64,000 nt of DNA from a virus (taxonomy: Duplodnaviria; Caudoviricetes): the IMG/VR virus record IMGVR_UViG_3300032240_001498, positions 32,001-96,000 of that record. One strand, 5' to 3'. Below, one piece after another: positions 9,501 to 17,705 of the stretch. The notes beneath the pieces are model-generated. The model did not search any database. It saw only the letters and a list, made by a program, of their open reading frames with translations, and was not told the DNA's origin. Each line of letters opens with the position of its first letter. The stretch's first letter is position 1. A program made the translations under genes and the position numbers.

Positions 9501-9918
9501 CTAACCAATATGTACCACCTGCTGGTGCGCCAACTGGTGCTGAGCTCTTGCCGACCAATTGACCAAGATCGACATCTGCGCGAGCAACAAATACTCTTGA
9601 GCTTACTCCCAGCACTGAATATGCGGCTTGTAATCCGTACTCGTTACGCTCGCCACCGTTTACTGGGTTGTTGCCTGAATCGACTTCAAAGTATGGTGTA
9701 CCAAATGTATCTGTAAGATCTCTCTGACTTGTGATAGTCCAAACTTGGTTTTTATACTTGCTTGTAGTACCGGCCGCTGTGCCAGTTCCTGAAGAATTTG
9801 GTTTATTTGCGGCAGTAGCGATAAAGATTAAAGGTACGGTCCCTGGGGCCGCTGGAGTATAAAAACTCTCGTTTACTATCTGTACTGATACGCCTGGTGA
9901 ATTTAAATTTTGTGCCAT
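6553..9918 (-). CDS. gp18: Tail sheath protein, enlarged (about 1121 aa)
   Basis: N-terminal SPGVSVQIVNES and LTDTFGTP. C-terminal PPSHMMLR, WFAPAGVRRG, INPIATL, LDRINVARL, LFEPND and PVKAVEFIYI. The start MAQNL at 9918 follows GGAG. Confidence 0.95.
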   Translation of the reverse strand: MAQNLNSPGVSVQIVNESFYTPAAPGTVPLIFIATAANKPNSSGTGTAAGTTSKYKNQVWTITSQRDLTDTFGTPYFEVDSGNNPVNGGERNEYGLQAAYSVLGVSSRVFVARADVDLGQLVGKSSAPVGAPAGGTYWLDTTNTRFGVFEWDANAGSFSVQNLTIIDSSNSAISTVNNDGVTIQPGFGALGSYAICTDHGNTNETQYKNQDGNWVKVGSSGETAFATNANVSTFKSTVWVTSYPTVAGTTTNPSFATASGSLIINGTTVAVSTASTVATIAASINSTLHTSGIGAKAEAGKLNIYADANPGTVTIGGTNSTLSALGYSAKAYYGPQLFVGPHTQYPDFSARPSGSVYVKTTSPDQGATWIVKQYNATAQNWTQISAQVYPDAQTANYNLDKTSGGAKIAVGTLFVESNFNHGNGTATTSSNFASFADFRIWRRSAVAPTTITSTSLSPAPTLPNGAVLTIKESGTSSSMLEHETAITLVGTTLSALVTAINAGGFEYTSAVLNADGTVSIVHSAGGEIKFRDPGNILSTAGFAPYTYNTLADTWTGTTNFYAAGTKEVDGYTFKASNWAPLVFTSSKTAPTARPADSTLWYSNVFSTVDIMYHNGTKWTGYKNAFPATDPAGPIISVTQPVTQSDGTALENGDIWIQTGDMDMYGKDFYVYNGNTLKWEAQDPTDQTSPNGWVFHDARWAANGYATTAGTLPQLLASDFVDPDAPDPAQYPRGTRLWNLRRSGYNVKQYIANYININDNNGVNIRTGDPMDGSNATTAYNTARWVTVSPNNADGSGTFGRHAQRGFVVKSFKSLIDTNNALKDTDTLVFNLMACPGYPEAISNMVALNADRAQTAFVIGDTPFRLQATGTALQAYGNNSAKAVDNGEDGAVTRDDYTALFYPSGYANDNAGNYIVVPPSHMMLRTFINSDSKSYQWFAPAGVRRGGVDNATSVGYVNAEGDFVPSALPQGVRDVMALQTVRINPIATLNGSGILNFGNYSRSNSTSALDRINVARLVAYVRRQLDLLVRPYLFEPNDQLTRNEVKNAVESFLLELVGQRALYDFIVVCDTSNNTTARIDRSELWVDIAIEPVKAVEFIYIPVRLLNTGAIKSGNFGQVSKG

Positions 9919-9953
9919 TCTATGCATCTCCCATGTAATGGTTTGTTCATCAG

Positions 9954-9990
9954 TATTTAGCGGTTGCACCAAATTTTACTTGGTTAAATA
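9954..9990. promoter_or_regulatory. Divergent pair of late promoter cores
   Basis: TATTTA at 9954-9959 (TAAATA on the minus strand, toward the sheath) and TAAATA at 9985-9990 (plus strand, toward the HNH-like gene). Confidence 0.55.
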
Positions 9991-10020
9991 CCTATGAAAA
10001 GGGCACAAAAAAGGGCGGGT

Positions 10021-10359
10021 ATGATTAGATCATTATGTAAAACATGCGGCAAGAGACCTGTTGCAATCAACTATCGCAAAGGTGAAAGAACTTTCTATAG
10101 AAAGATCTGTGACCATTGTGCAAGGGGACGAGAGCCAGGTATGTCTAAATGGCAGTTAGCGGGTTATAAGAAACGAGACACCTGTGATAGGTGCAATTTC
10201 ACCAGCAAGTACGCAGATCAGTTTGATGTATTTTTTGTAGACGGGAATTTAGAAAACTGTCGACATGCAAATCTTAAAACAGTATGTGCAAACTGTCAGC
10301 GGTTATTACATCAACTCAAGCTACCTTGGAAACGAGGGGATCTTCGACCAGATTTTTAA
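10021..10359 (+). CDS. Zinc-binding HNH-like protein with degenerate catalytic residues
   Basis: Four CxxC pairs (CKTC, CDHC, CDRC, CANC) and DGNLENC...NLKTVCANC in an HNH-like arrangement. The start could alternatively be 9994. Confidence 0.65.
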   Translation: MIRSLCKTCGKRPVAINYRKGERTFYRKICDHCARGREPGMSKWQLAGYKKRDTCDRCNFTSKYADQFDVFFVDGNLENCRHANLKTVCANCQRLLHQLKLPWKRGDLRPDF

Positions 10360-10972
10360 CCTGTTCAAACAAGTCGTCAATAGTGGTATTATTATCTAAC
10401 ACAGCATCAAACGCTGTTCCTACCCAAGCAGTTTCGCTGGCATGGATTTTTGTTTTTTCTAAGTTACTTTTACTTAATGCCCAGCGAGTATTTCCGTTTG
10501 GACCTTTATTTGCGTGAACTGCGTCTTCATACCAAATGGGTTCAGGACCTCGTACTACACGGATCACAATACCGCCAGCATCTTTAATTGATTTGATTTC
10601 ATTAGGAAAACGGCAGTCGCTAATAACAATATCGTCTGTTGAATTACGTAATTTGTTTTCTAAGCTGGCAATCCAAATATCATCATGAAATGCCTTGCGG
10701 CATACTTCTGTACCCCAATATTGTAAGACCCACCGGGGAGTAAGATTGGGCATATTTAGGCGTTGTGACCACCACGGATCTACTTGTTCTCGCCATGCAC
10801 GAGCTTGCGTTGTGCGGCCTTCTAGCATTGTTCGATCCCAACCAAATACTTGAGCTACTGCATCTTTGAGAGAGTTTGCAAATGATTCTCGGCGAAAGCC
10901 ATGAAAGTTAGTTAGATAGTCAGCAATAGTATCTTTGCCAGACCCAATAAATCCACATACGCCAATAATCAT
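10316..10972 (-). CDS. gp1: Deoxynucleoside monophosphate kinase (T4 gp1-like)
   Basis: N-terminal P-loop GFIGSGKDT, SFANSLKD, PRWVLQYWGTE, ISDCRFPNE and HASE. Confidence 0.9.
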   Translation of the reverse strand: MIIGVCGFIGSGKDTIADYLTNFHGFRRESFANSLKDAVAQVFGWDRTMLEGRTTQARAWREQVDPWWSQRLNMPNLTPRWVLQYWGTEVCRKAFHDDIWIASLENKLRNSTDDIVISDCRFPNEIKSIKDAGGIVIRVVRGPEPIWYEDAVHANKGPNGNTRWALSKSNLEKTKIHASETAWVGTAFDAVLDNNTTIDDLFEQVKNLVEDPLVSKVA

Positions 10973-10995
10973 AGTATCCCCTTAGTCGATACTAT

Positions 10996-11024
10996 ATTTT
11001 ATTACAATATGATGTAAAGGTCAA
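10996..11024 (-). promoter_or_regulatory. Host sigma70-type promoter for the dNMP kinase
   Basis: The minus strand reads TTGACC (11024-11019), a 17-nt spacer, then TAAAAT (11001-10996), followed by AAGGGA and the ATG at 10972. Confidence 0.7.
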
Positions 11025-11416
11025 TCCTTTTTGGATCTTTTGGTTGTCTTTTTTGCGTTCCAATTTGATATTGGACTTTGGATGTTGGTGTCAGATGGTT
11101 CTACACTTTTGCTTCGCTTGGCAAGTTCCTTGCCATCTGTAGGAATTGTGGCCATGGCCTGCATCATCATTAGATGCTCCATATCTGTGTAGGGAAATGC
11201 CACGTTAAACTTTTCTATAAAACTGGCGCTGTCCATATCTACAGGACGTTTGCTAGATCCGTCAGCCATTGCAGTAGCCATCATGATACGATTTAGATGA
11301 TAGGTACGATCATAGCCGCCTTGGTCTCGCATTAAAATAGCCCCTTGGCTCTTGTGTTCTAGATCTTTTGGCATTTCACCGTTGCCACGAGCTTCCATTA
11401 ATTCACGTATCTTCAT
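11021..11416 (-). CDS. Hypothetical protein
   Basis: 131-aa ORF starting MKIRELMEA, coupled to gp13 by a TAATATG junction. Confidence 0.65.
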   Translation of the reverse strand: MKIRELMEARGNGEMPKDLEHKSQGAILMRDQGGYDRTYHLNRIMMATAMADGSSKRPVDMDSASFIEKFNVAFPYTDMEHLMMMQAMATIPTDGKELAKRSKSVEPSDTNIQSPISNWNAKKTTKRSKKD

Positions 11417-11417
11417 A

Positions 11418-12176
11418 TTAACCTCTTACAAACCACATTGGTGTTTCGCCTGTTTCACTGTTTCTAATAGCGGTTTCTAGTTTTTCAATCTCTTGCTGAC
11501 CTTCAGCTTTTAGTGCATCACCGTTTAGAGTAGTGCCACCTTGTGGCCCTGCGATTTGATTAAACTTGCTACGAGCTTCACCTAGGATAATTTTACAATT
11601 AGCCAGGGTATAATCTTTGACCCATATACCAGCATACGGATCTCTCACAAGATCAAAGTCTGGTCTATGATTATTAACCCATAATAACAGAGTTTCTTGT
11701 CCTCTAGGACGTTGCATTAGTGTTAATTTCTTGTTAGCAGGATTAAAACGGAAGTTGATAAAACTACCAAACATCTTACCAACTAGATTTTGATAACTTG
11801 CAAAGGCAAAATACGTTGCCAGGCCGCCCATGTTACTGCTACTTAACAAATATGTGTTGGTGTAGGCCAAGTTAAATGGTTCAAATAGAGTACCTGTATC
11901 GCCGCCGCCTGTGCGTGAACCAATACTTCTACGAAATACTTCACGAACACTCATAACTTCGGGCGCTAATTGGTATTCGTTGACGTCTTGATCCAGTGTT
12001 AAAAAAGCATAGCTTTCTTCAACTGAGTTTGCACTACGTTGACGATATACAGCTAGGGCACGATCTATAGCTGTGTTATAATTTTTAGGCTCAAGTTCAA
12101 CGTCAATCATGCCGTCTCCCAGCATGTTTTTAACGTAATCTATAATTTCTTGGCGGGCGTTACTTGTATCACTCAT
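11418..12176 (-). CDS. gp13: Neck protein (gp13-like)
   Basis: IIDYVKNMLG..MIDVEL...AIDRAL, WVKDYTLANCKIILGEARSKF and GGTTLNGDAL match the gp13 pattern. Confidence 0.85.
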   Translation of the reverse strand: MSDTSNARQEIIDYVKNMLGDGMIDVELEPKNYNTAIDRALAVYRQRSANSVEESYAFLTLDQDVNEYQLAPEVMSVREVFRRSIGSRTGGGDTGTLFEPFNLAYTNTYLLSSSNMGGLATYFAFASYQNLVGKMFGSFINFRFNPANKKLTLMQRPRGQETLLLWVNNHRPDFDLVRDPYAGIWVKDYTLANCKIILGEARSKFNQIAGPQGGTTLNGDALKAEGQQEIEKLETAIRNSETGETPMWFVRG

Positions 12177-12181
12177 GCTTA

Positions 12182-12195
12182 TATTTAGTTAAATA
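12182..12195. promoter_or_regulatory. Back-to-back late promoter cores for gp13 and gp14
   Basis: TATTTA-GT-TAAATA in the 26-bp gap between ATG 12176 (minus) and ATG 12203 (plus). Confidence 0.65.
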
Positions 12196-12202
12196 TACTA
12201 CT

Positions 12203-13411
12203 ATGCCAAGACTCTCTTTATACCGTCCCGAAAAGGGCAATGATTTTAAGTTCCTAGACCGGTTAATTAATGAACAATTTCAGGTTGGCGGAACCGATAT
12301 CTATATACACAAATACCTAGGTCCTGTAAACCCTGCGGACGGTGAATCCAGCCCCTCTGTTCCTGTTAATACTAATCCAATAGGCGAGCTGGGAATACAA
12401 GATGTGCTATTGATGGAAAATAGAGATCGTCATTATTCGCCCGACGTATATGTCATGCGATCAATATATACAATACAAGATTTAGACTTTAATCTAAGTC
12501 AGTTTGGTATTTTTTTACAAAATGATGCCATCATGCTTCACGTACACTTACGTTCAAGTGTAGAGTCTTTAGGCCGTAAAATTATGTCAGGTGATGTTAT
12601 TGAATTACCTCACTTGAAAGATGAATATGCATTAGATGACGCAATGGTTGCGTTGAAAAGATTTTATGTTGTACAGGATGTTACCCGTCCAGCTGCCGGA
12701 TTTAGTGCAACTTGGTATCCGCATTTGTTAAAACTAAAGTGCGTACCAATGATAGACAGCCAAGAATTTAGTGAAATACTTGATGAGAAACAGGTTGATA
12801 CACAAGGCAATGATACAAATCAAACCCTACGTGACTTGTTGTCTACCTATAATAGTGCTATTGCAACAAATAATGCTGTATTAGCTCAAGCAGAAGCGGA
12901 TCTTCCTAGAAGCGGATACGACACAACTCCGTTTTATGTAGTTCCCACTAATGATCAAGGCCTTGCTGATGTTGAAGATGTTAGCGATACTAATGTAGAT
13001 ACAACAGCGCAGGGAGCTATTGACGCATCTATGGTATTACGTACCCCTGATCACAATTACTATGTAGGCTACATAACCGATGACGGCAAACCTGCAAACG
13101 GAGCTCCATATACATTTGGAATAGAATGGCCAGCAAGACCTATATTAGGACAAATGCATCTACGAACAGACTATTTCCCAAACAGACTGTTTAGATTCGA
13201 TGGATCGCATTGGATAAAATTTGAAGATAATGTTAGAATGGATGTAACCAATACTCCAAAAGACGGCAATCAACAAACTCCAAACAGCCAAACAAGACAA
13301 ACAGAAGTTACCAGCTTTATCAATAACACAACTACTGCTACTATCGGAACCAAGGTTGTACAGCAACGTCAAGCATTGAGTAAGGCATTAAGACCAAAGG
13401 CGGACAATTAA
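12203..13411 (+). CDS. gp14: Neck/head-closure protein (gp14-like)
   Basis: The start MPRLSLYR is preferred. LLMENRDRHY, DFNLSQFGIFL and GRKIMSGDVIELPHL resemble gp14. It is adjacent to gp13 and gp15. Confidence 0.7.
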   Translation: MPRLSLYRPEKGNDFKFLDRLINEQFQVGGTDIYIHKYLGPVNPADGESSPSVPVNTNPIGELGIQDVLLMENRDRHYSPDVYVMRSIYTIQDLDFNLSQFGIFLQNDAIMLHVHLRSSVESLGRKIMSGDVIELPHLKDEYALDDAMVALKRFYVVQDVTRPAAGFSATWYPHLLKLKCVPMIDSQEFSEILDEKQVDTQGNDTNQTLRDLLSTYNSAIATNNAVLAQAEADLPRSGYDTTPFYVVPTNDQGLADVEDVSDTNVDTTAQGAIDASMVLRTPDHNYYVGYITDDGKPANGAPYTFGIEWPARPILGQMHLRTDYFPNRLFRFDGSHWIKFEDNVRMDVTNTPKDGNQQTPNSQTRQTEVTSFINNTTTATIGTKVVQQRQALSKALRPKADN

Positions 13412-13412
13412 G

Positions 13413-14843
13413 ATGGAGTTCTTTTACGATGGACAGATAAGACGTTACCTAACACAGTTTATGCGTCTAATGAGCAACTTTAGTTATAGAGATGCTAAAG
13501 GAAAAATTGTACAGGTTCCTGTTCGCTACGGTGACATGAATAGACAGGTAGCACAACTACAAAAGAAGAACAGTGAAAACACTATTCCAAGTGCTCCATT
13601 CATTGCCTGTTATATCAAAGACCTTAAAGTAGCTAGAACTAGAATACAAGAACCTACACATATCAGCAAGGTACATATCAAAGAGCGAGACTCGTGGTAT
13701 AATCCTGCTACAGGGCAAGATGAGTATCTCAACGTAGAAGGCGAAAACTATACAGTTGAACGATTAATGCCTGTTCCTTATGACTTGACCTTTCAAGCAG
13801 ATATATGGACCACTAACACAGATCAAAAATTGCAGTTGATTGAACAGCTATTGGTATTATTCCGACCTAGTTTAGAATTGCAAACAACTGACAATTATCT
13901 AGATTGGACCAGCCTAAGTACCTTGGAACTTACTGAGATGACTTTTAGCAGTAGACAAATTCCACAAGGAACAGAACAAGATATTGATATTTGCACCATG
14001 CAGTTTGAAACGCCTATATGGTTAACAACACCTGCAAAAGTTAAACAGATGGGCATCATTACAAATATTATTACTTCAATATTTGTTGAACCAGAAGGCA
14101 CACTAAATGCAGGAGGGTATCACAATGGCGGTGAAGTTGATTATTTTGCCGGCAGGCAGGCGGTATCAGTTGAAGGTACAACTCTAGGCAATCTCGGAAT
14201 ACTGGTATTGAACAGCACAGCCAAGCTATTAGCACCTGCAGAAGGTGTTACTACTGACGAAGTTCCTTTTAAATATGGAACAAATATCAGTTGGTTAAGA
14301 ATCTTAGACCTATATCCTGGAAAGTTTAAGGCAGGATTAAGTCAAATTAGGATTAAGAAGCCGTCTGGGTCAGAGATTGTTGCACGTATCAGTCTAGATC
14401 CTAATGACGAGTCTATCATGCACCTTGACATAGACTCAGATACTATCCCGGCAAATAACCAAGTTCCTCCGGGCAGTGGAAAAACATACGTTGATGCTAT
14501 CGTTGATCCTACTACCTTTGATCCTACCAGTCCTGTTGCAGGTATAAGATATCTTATACTAGAGGATGTCAACACAGATCCAAAATTAGACTATGCTATC
14601 GCCAACGATACTGCGGCTAAAGCATGGCGAAATTCAGATGCAACATATCTTGTGGCACACGCAAACGATATCGTAACATGGAACGGTTCACACTGGTCCG
14701 TTGTTTTCGATTCGCGCACAGTTACCGATCTCACTTATATAACTAATACTAGAACAGGCATACAATATGTCTGGGATGGCTCCATGTGGGGCAAGAGTTA
14801 TGAAGGTGAATACCGATCTGGTAATTGGCGATTATTTTTATGA
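13413..14843 (+). CDS. gp15: Tail sheath stabiliser/terminator (gp15-like) with a C-terminal extension
   Basis: FFYDGQIRRYLTQF, VPVRYG, PVPYDLTFQADIWT and QLIEQLLVLFRPSLE. Confidence 0.85.
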   Translation: MEFFYDGQIRRYLTQFMRLMSNFSYRDAKGKIVQVPVRYGDMNRQVAQLQKKNSENTIPSAPFIACYIKDLKVARTRIQEPTHISKVHIKERDSWYNPATGQDEYLNVEGENYTVERLMPVPYDLTFQADIWTTNTDQKLQLIEQLLVLFRPSLELQTTDNYLDWTSLSTLELTEMTFSSRQIPQGTEQDIDICTMQFETPIWLTTPAKVKQMGIITNIITSIFVEPEGTLNAGGYHNGGEVDYFAGRQAVSVEGTTLGNLGILVLNSTAKLLAPAEGVTTDEVPFKYGTNISWLRILDLYPGKFKAGLSQIRIKKPSGSEIVARISLDPNDESIMHLDIDSDTIPANNQVPPGSGKTYVDAIVDPTTFDPTSPVAGIRYLILEDVNTDPKLDYAIANDTAAKAWRNSDATYLVAHANDIVTWNGSHWSVVFDSRTVTDLTYITNTRTGIQYVWDGSMWGKSYEGEYRSGNWRLFL

Positions 14844-15268
14844 GTAATATAATTTGTAGTGGTGGAATATTTTTAGCAACAGATACTAAAAGATTTTTAT
14901 TTCTTTTACGCAATCAAGGCAAAACTGCTGGTACATGGGGTATTGTTGGTGGCAAAAATGAGCCGTTAGATGGTACACCTATTGCTACACTAAACAGAGA
15001 AATCACAGAAGAAGTTGGATTCCTGCCAGCGATTGACAAGTATGTTCCACTTGAATTGTTTACCAGCAAAGATGAAGGGTTTTATTACCACACATATTTG
15101 CTGTTAACCAAAGAAGAATTTATCCCCAAACTAAATGAAGAACATGTAGGGTACGCATGGTGTGATATAGAGCACACACCAAAACCATTACACAATGGTG
15201 TGCGTGTTACACTTAATAATAAGATTATTAAAGCTAAGATAGATACCGTAATCGATATCTTAACTTGA
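14840..15268 (+). CDS. Nudix hydrolase
   Basis: Nudix box GGKNEPLDGTPIATLNREITEEVG and EHVGYAW. It has an ATGA overlap with gp15. Confidence 0.85.
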   Translation: MSNIICSGGIFLATDTKRFLFLLRNQGKTAGTWGIVGGKNEPLDGTPIATLNREITEEVGFLPAIDKYVPLELFTSKDEGFYYHTYLLLTKEEFIPKLNEEHVGYAWCDIEHTPKPLHNGVRVTLNNKIIKAKIDTVIDILT

Positions 15269-16954
15269 TTTACGGACTACTAACAAGTAGAATCCATTCC
15301 ACCAAGCAGTTAAATCTTCCTGATTGTTTAGAATTACTTTAGAGTAAACAACATCTAATCCTGCGGCTTTAATGCCAGCATCAGTTCCGTCAACAACACC
15401 TTCCCAATTAGCATCATCTACTAGAATAAATGCTTCCTTGGCTAATATCTTAGAAAAGTATTTGATTGCTTTTGCTGTGGTATTAGGATCGTGAGGACCG
15501 TCATAGAAGAAAAAGTCTACCGGCTCAATCTCATCTAGATTAACAGCAAACAAGTCTGATTCATAGACTATGACTTTGTTGTCACCTTTGAATCTTTTCA
15601 CATTAGTGATAAAATCTTCTTTGTTATTTGGTGGCATTTCAAAGATGTCATTCGCTGGTTGGTAAGTGTCTTGCCATGTATCAATGCAGATTACTTCTAG
15701 CTTGTTATCTTTTAGAGCCGCACATGCTGTTGCACCTAGCGCACTACCTACTTCTAAATAGCGTGTAGAATTCTTAGCCAACTTATTGATAAGACTTTCC
15801 ATCTTCCAGCTTGTTAATCCAGGAACATCAATGTTTATCATGTCAATAGCACTATTCAATACTGCATCAATAGCCTGTTGGATTCTTGGACTAACAGGTG
15901 TGCTTTGTTTTTTGCTTACAACTTTATCGCAATACTGACATTCCCAGCAATCAAATTTGCAATTTTTAATTTTTTCTCGCCAAATGTTAATTGGCTTTTC
16001 TGTTAGGTTGCCTTCTTCAATATATTGTTCAAAGCCGTCAAACAGAATTTCGTCGCCTTCAATAAATCCTGCAACAATATCAAGTGTTTCGTGAAAGCGT
16101 TCAACACTTTCTCTACCGTGCATTTTAAACACATCGACATAGTCAAGTAATTCTACCCAATCTTCTCTCCAAGGAGGTAAGTTGGCAGTTTTTAATGGAA
16201 CACTTGGATCTTCATGATCCCATTTAGGACAACTTACACGACTGATACTGTCGTTAAAGTATTGAGGACGACCTGTATCTCTAGTGTTGTTAAATTGATA
16301 ATGTTCGTCCATCATTGGGCAAGCACCTAAACAACCTTCATTAGCTAGGAGACTGATAGTAACATCGCGACCTAGATTTTCTTTGACCCAAGTTTTGGCA
16401 GTTTTTAATCTTGCAAGTGCGTCTCGATCGCGCATTAGATCACGATCAATACATACGTAGTCAAATCCAGCTTTTGCATGAGCAACAAATTCAGCAGGAG
16501 TACGTACATTACGCAGAATAGTATTCTTAACATACAGGTCTGGGTAACGTGCTTGTATCTGTCCAGTGCTCATCCAATGCGTATGTGGAAGTATTACTGA
16601 TCTAATACCTGCATCATACAAGGGCTGGAAATTTTCTAGCCAAATATTGAGATTTTCTTGAGTGGGCGGAACTTCAATGTTATTGAAAGTAGCGCAAAGA
16701 GGGATGCCGGTCTCCCTGTTAAGGTTGAACGCGGCATCTATTACAGAGAATGCGTCTTGCTGAGAAACAAATATGTCTCCCATTGCATCTTGATTAAACG
16801 GAGGAATTCTTGATGTAAAGTATATATCAAAGATATAATCTTTATAGTGCTTACAAAACTCTAAAAAATTAAAGTATTGTGCTTCCGTTAATTTTGGGTT
16901 TATCGGTAAGCTGAATATTTTTTGCGTCTTCGCAGTAGTCTGGGATTCGTTCAT
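15260..16954 (-). CDS. U32-peptidase-like Fe-S TIM-barrel domain fused to a class I SAM methyltransferase
   Basis: The N-terminal part has DRDLMRD, LANEGCLGACP, VSCPKW, FKMHGR and CKFDCWECQYC. The C-terminal part has YLEVGSALGAT, FFFYDGPHD and ILVDDANW, a Methyltransf_24-like pattern. Confidence 0.7.
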   Translation of the reverse strand: MNESQTTAKTQKIFSLPINPKLTEAQYFNFLEFCKHYKDYIFDIYFTSRIPPFNQDAMGDIFVSQQDAFSVIDAAFNLNRETGIPLCATFNNIEVPPTQENLNIWLENFQPLYDAGIRSVILPHTHWMSTGQIQARYPDLYVKNTILRNVRTPAEFVAHAKAGFDYVCIDRDLMRDRDALARLKTAKTWVKENLGRDVTISLLANEGCLGACPMMDEHYQFNNTRDTGRPQYFNDSISRVSCPKWDHEDPSVPLKTANLPPWREDWVELLDYVDVFKMHGRESVERFHETLDIVAGFIEGDEILFDGFEQYIEEGNLTEKPINIWREKIKNCKFDCWECQYCDKVVSKKQSTPVSPRIQQAIDAVLNSAIDMINIDVPGLTSWKMESLINKLAKNSTRYLEVGSALGATACAALKDNKLEVICIDTWQDTYQPANDIFEMPPNNKEDFITNVKRFKGDNKVIVYESDLFAVNLDEIEPVDFFFYDGPHDPNTTAKAIKYFSKILAKEAFILVDDANWEGVVDGTDAGIKAAGLDVVYSKVILNNQEDLTAWWNGFYLLVVRKSS

Positions 16955-17705
16955 CTCTACTCTCTAGTAATTTATCGATAGAACTTTGTACGCCTAACGA
17001 TATATTATGTATCCCTGCTTGGACCTGCCCAGCATACTTTGTGGCCATTTGTAGGGCTTCAATTTGATCACCTTCTGGCATCATGGCAATACTGTCCATG
17101 TTGCCTGATGCAATACGACCAAAACTGATAATATCCATAGCGGCCTGTTTACCCATACGTGCAATCCAGTACTTGCGTTCTTCTTCTGCATTTTCTGCGG
17201 CAAACCATTCAAGGTCCTCTTCAGTTTTTGCATAGAATTTAACAATTTCTAAGAAAGCATTAATTTCTCGCTCTGCTTGGAGCATTTTACGTTTCCAAAT
17301 AGTAATATCGTAATCGTTTTTATCGATATCTACTTGCAACATTTCTTTAGCAATTTCGTCAACAGCTTCGGCTTGGTCACGCACCCACTTTTTACGAAGT
17401 AGTTCTGCTTTGCGAAGGCTTGCTTTAATTTCTTGATAAGCGTGATAGCGTGACTCGAGCTCCATATAGGCTTGTCGAACCTGACGCCATGGAGTAAGTT
17501 GACTGCGGGCTACAAAGTTTTGACATTGATAGGCAGTCATACCCATATTTGAATGTACGGCATAGGTCATGATTTCTTTTTCAAAATCACCCATATCGTA
17601 CCTTTTTAGAAAATCGTCATCGATATGTATTTCAGCTACATCTGAAGCTACGATATTTTCTATGTCTTTGATGTATGTGTTTATTTTTTTAGAATTGGAA
17701 TCCAT
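16869..17705 (-). CDS. Hypothetical helical/coiled-coil protein
   Basis: 278-aa ORF with a charged helical core (RQAYMELESRY...LRKAELLRKKW). It overlaps both neighbours. Confidence 0.7.
   Translation of the reverse strand: MDSNSKKINTYIKDIENIVASDVAEIHIDDDFLKRYDMGDFEKEIMTYAVHSNMGMTAYQCQNFVARSQLTPWRQVRQAYMELESRYHAYQEIKASLRKAELLRKKWVRDQAEAVDEIAKEMLQVDIDKNDYDITIWKRKMLQAEREINAFLEIVKFYAKTEEDLEWFAAENAEEERKYWIARMGKQAAMDIISFGRIASGNMDSIAMMPEGDQIEALQMATKYAGQVQAGIHNISLGVQSSIDKLLESRDERIPDYCEDAKNIQLTDKPKINGSTIL

Noticed and set aside
9997-10016. AAAAGGGC direct repeat downstream of the divergent promoters
   Set aside because: There are only two short copies, and they can be explained as SD-like leader sequence.
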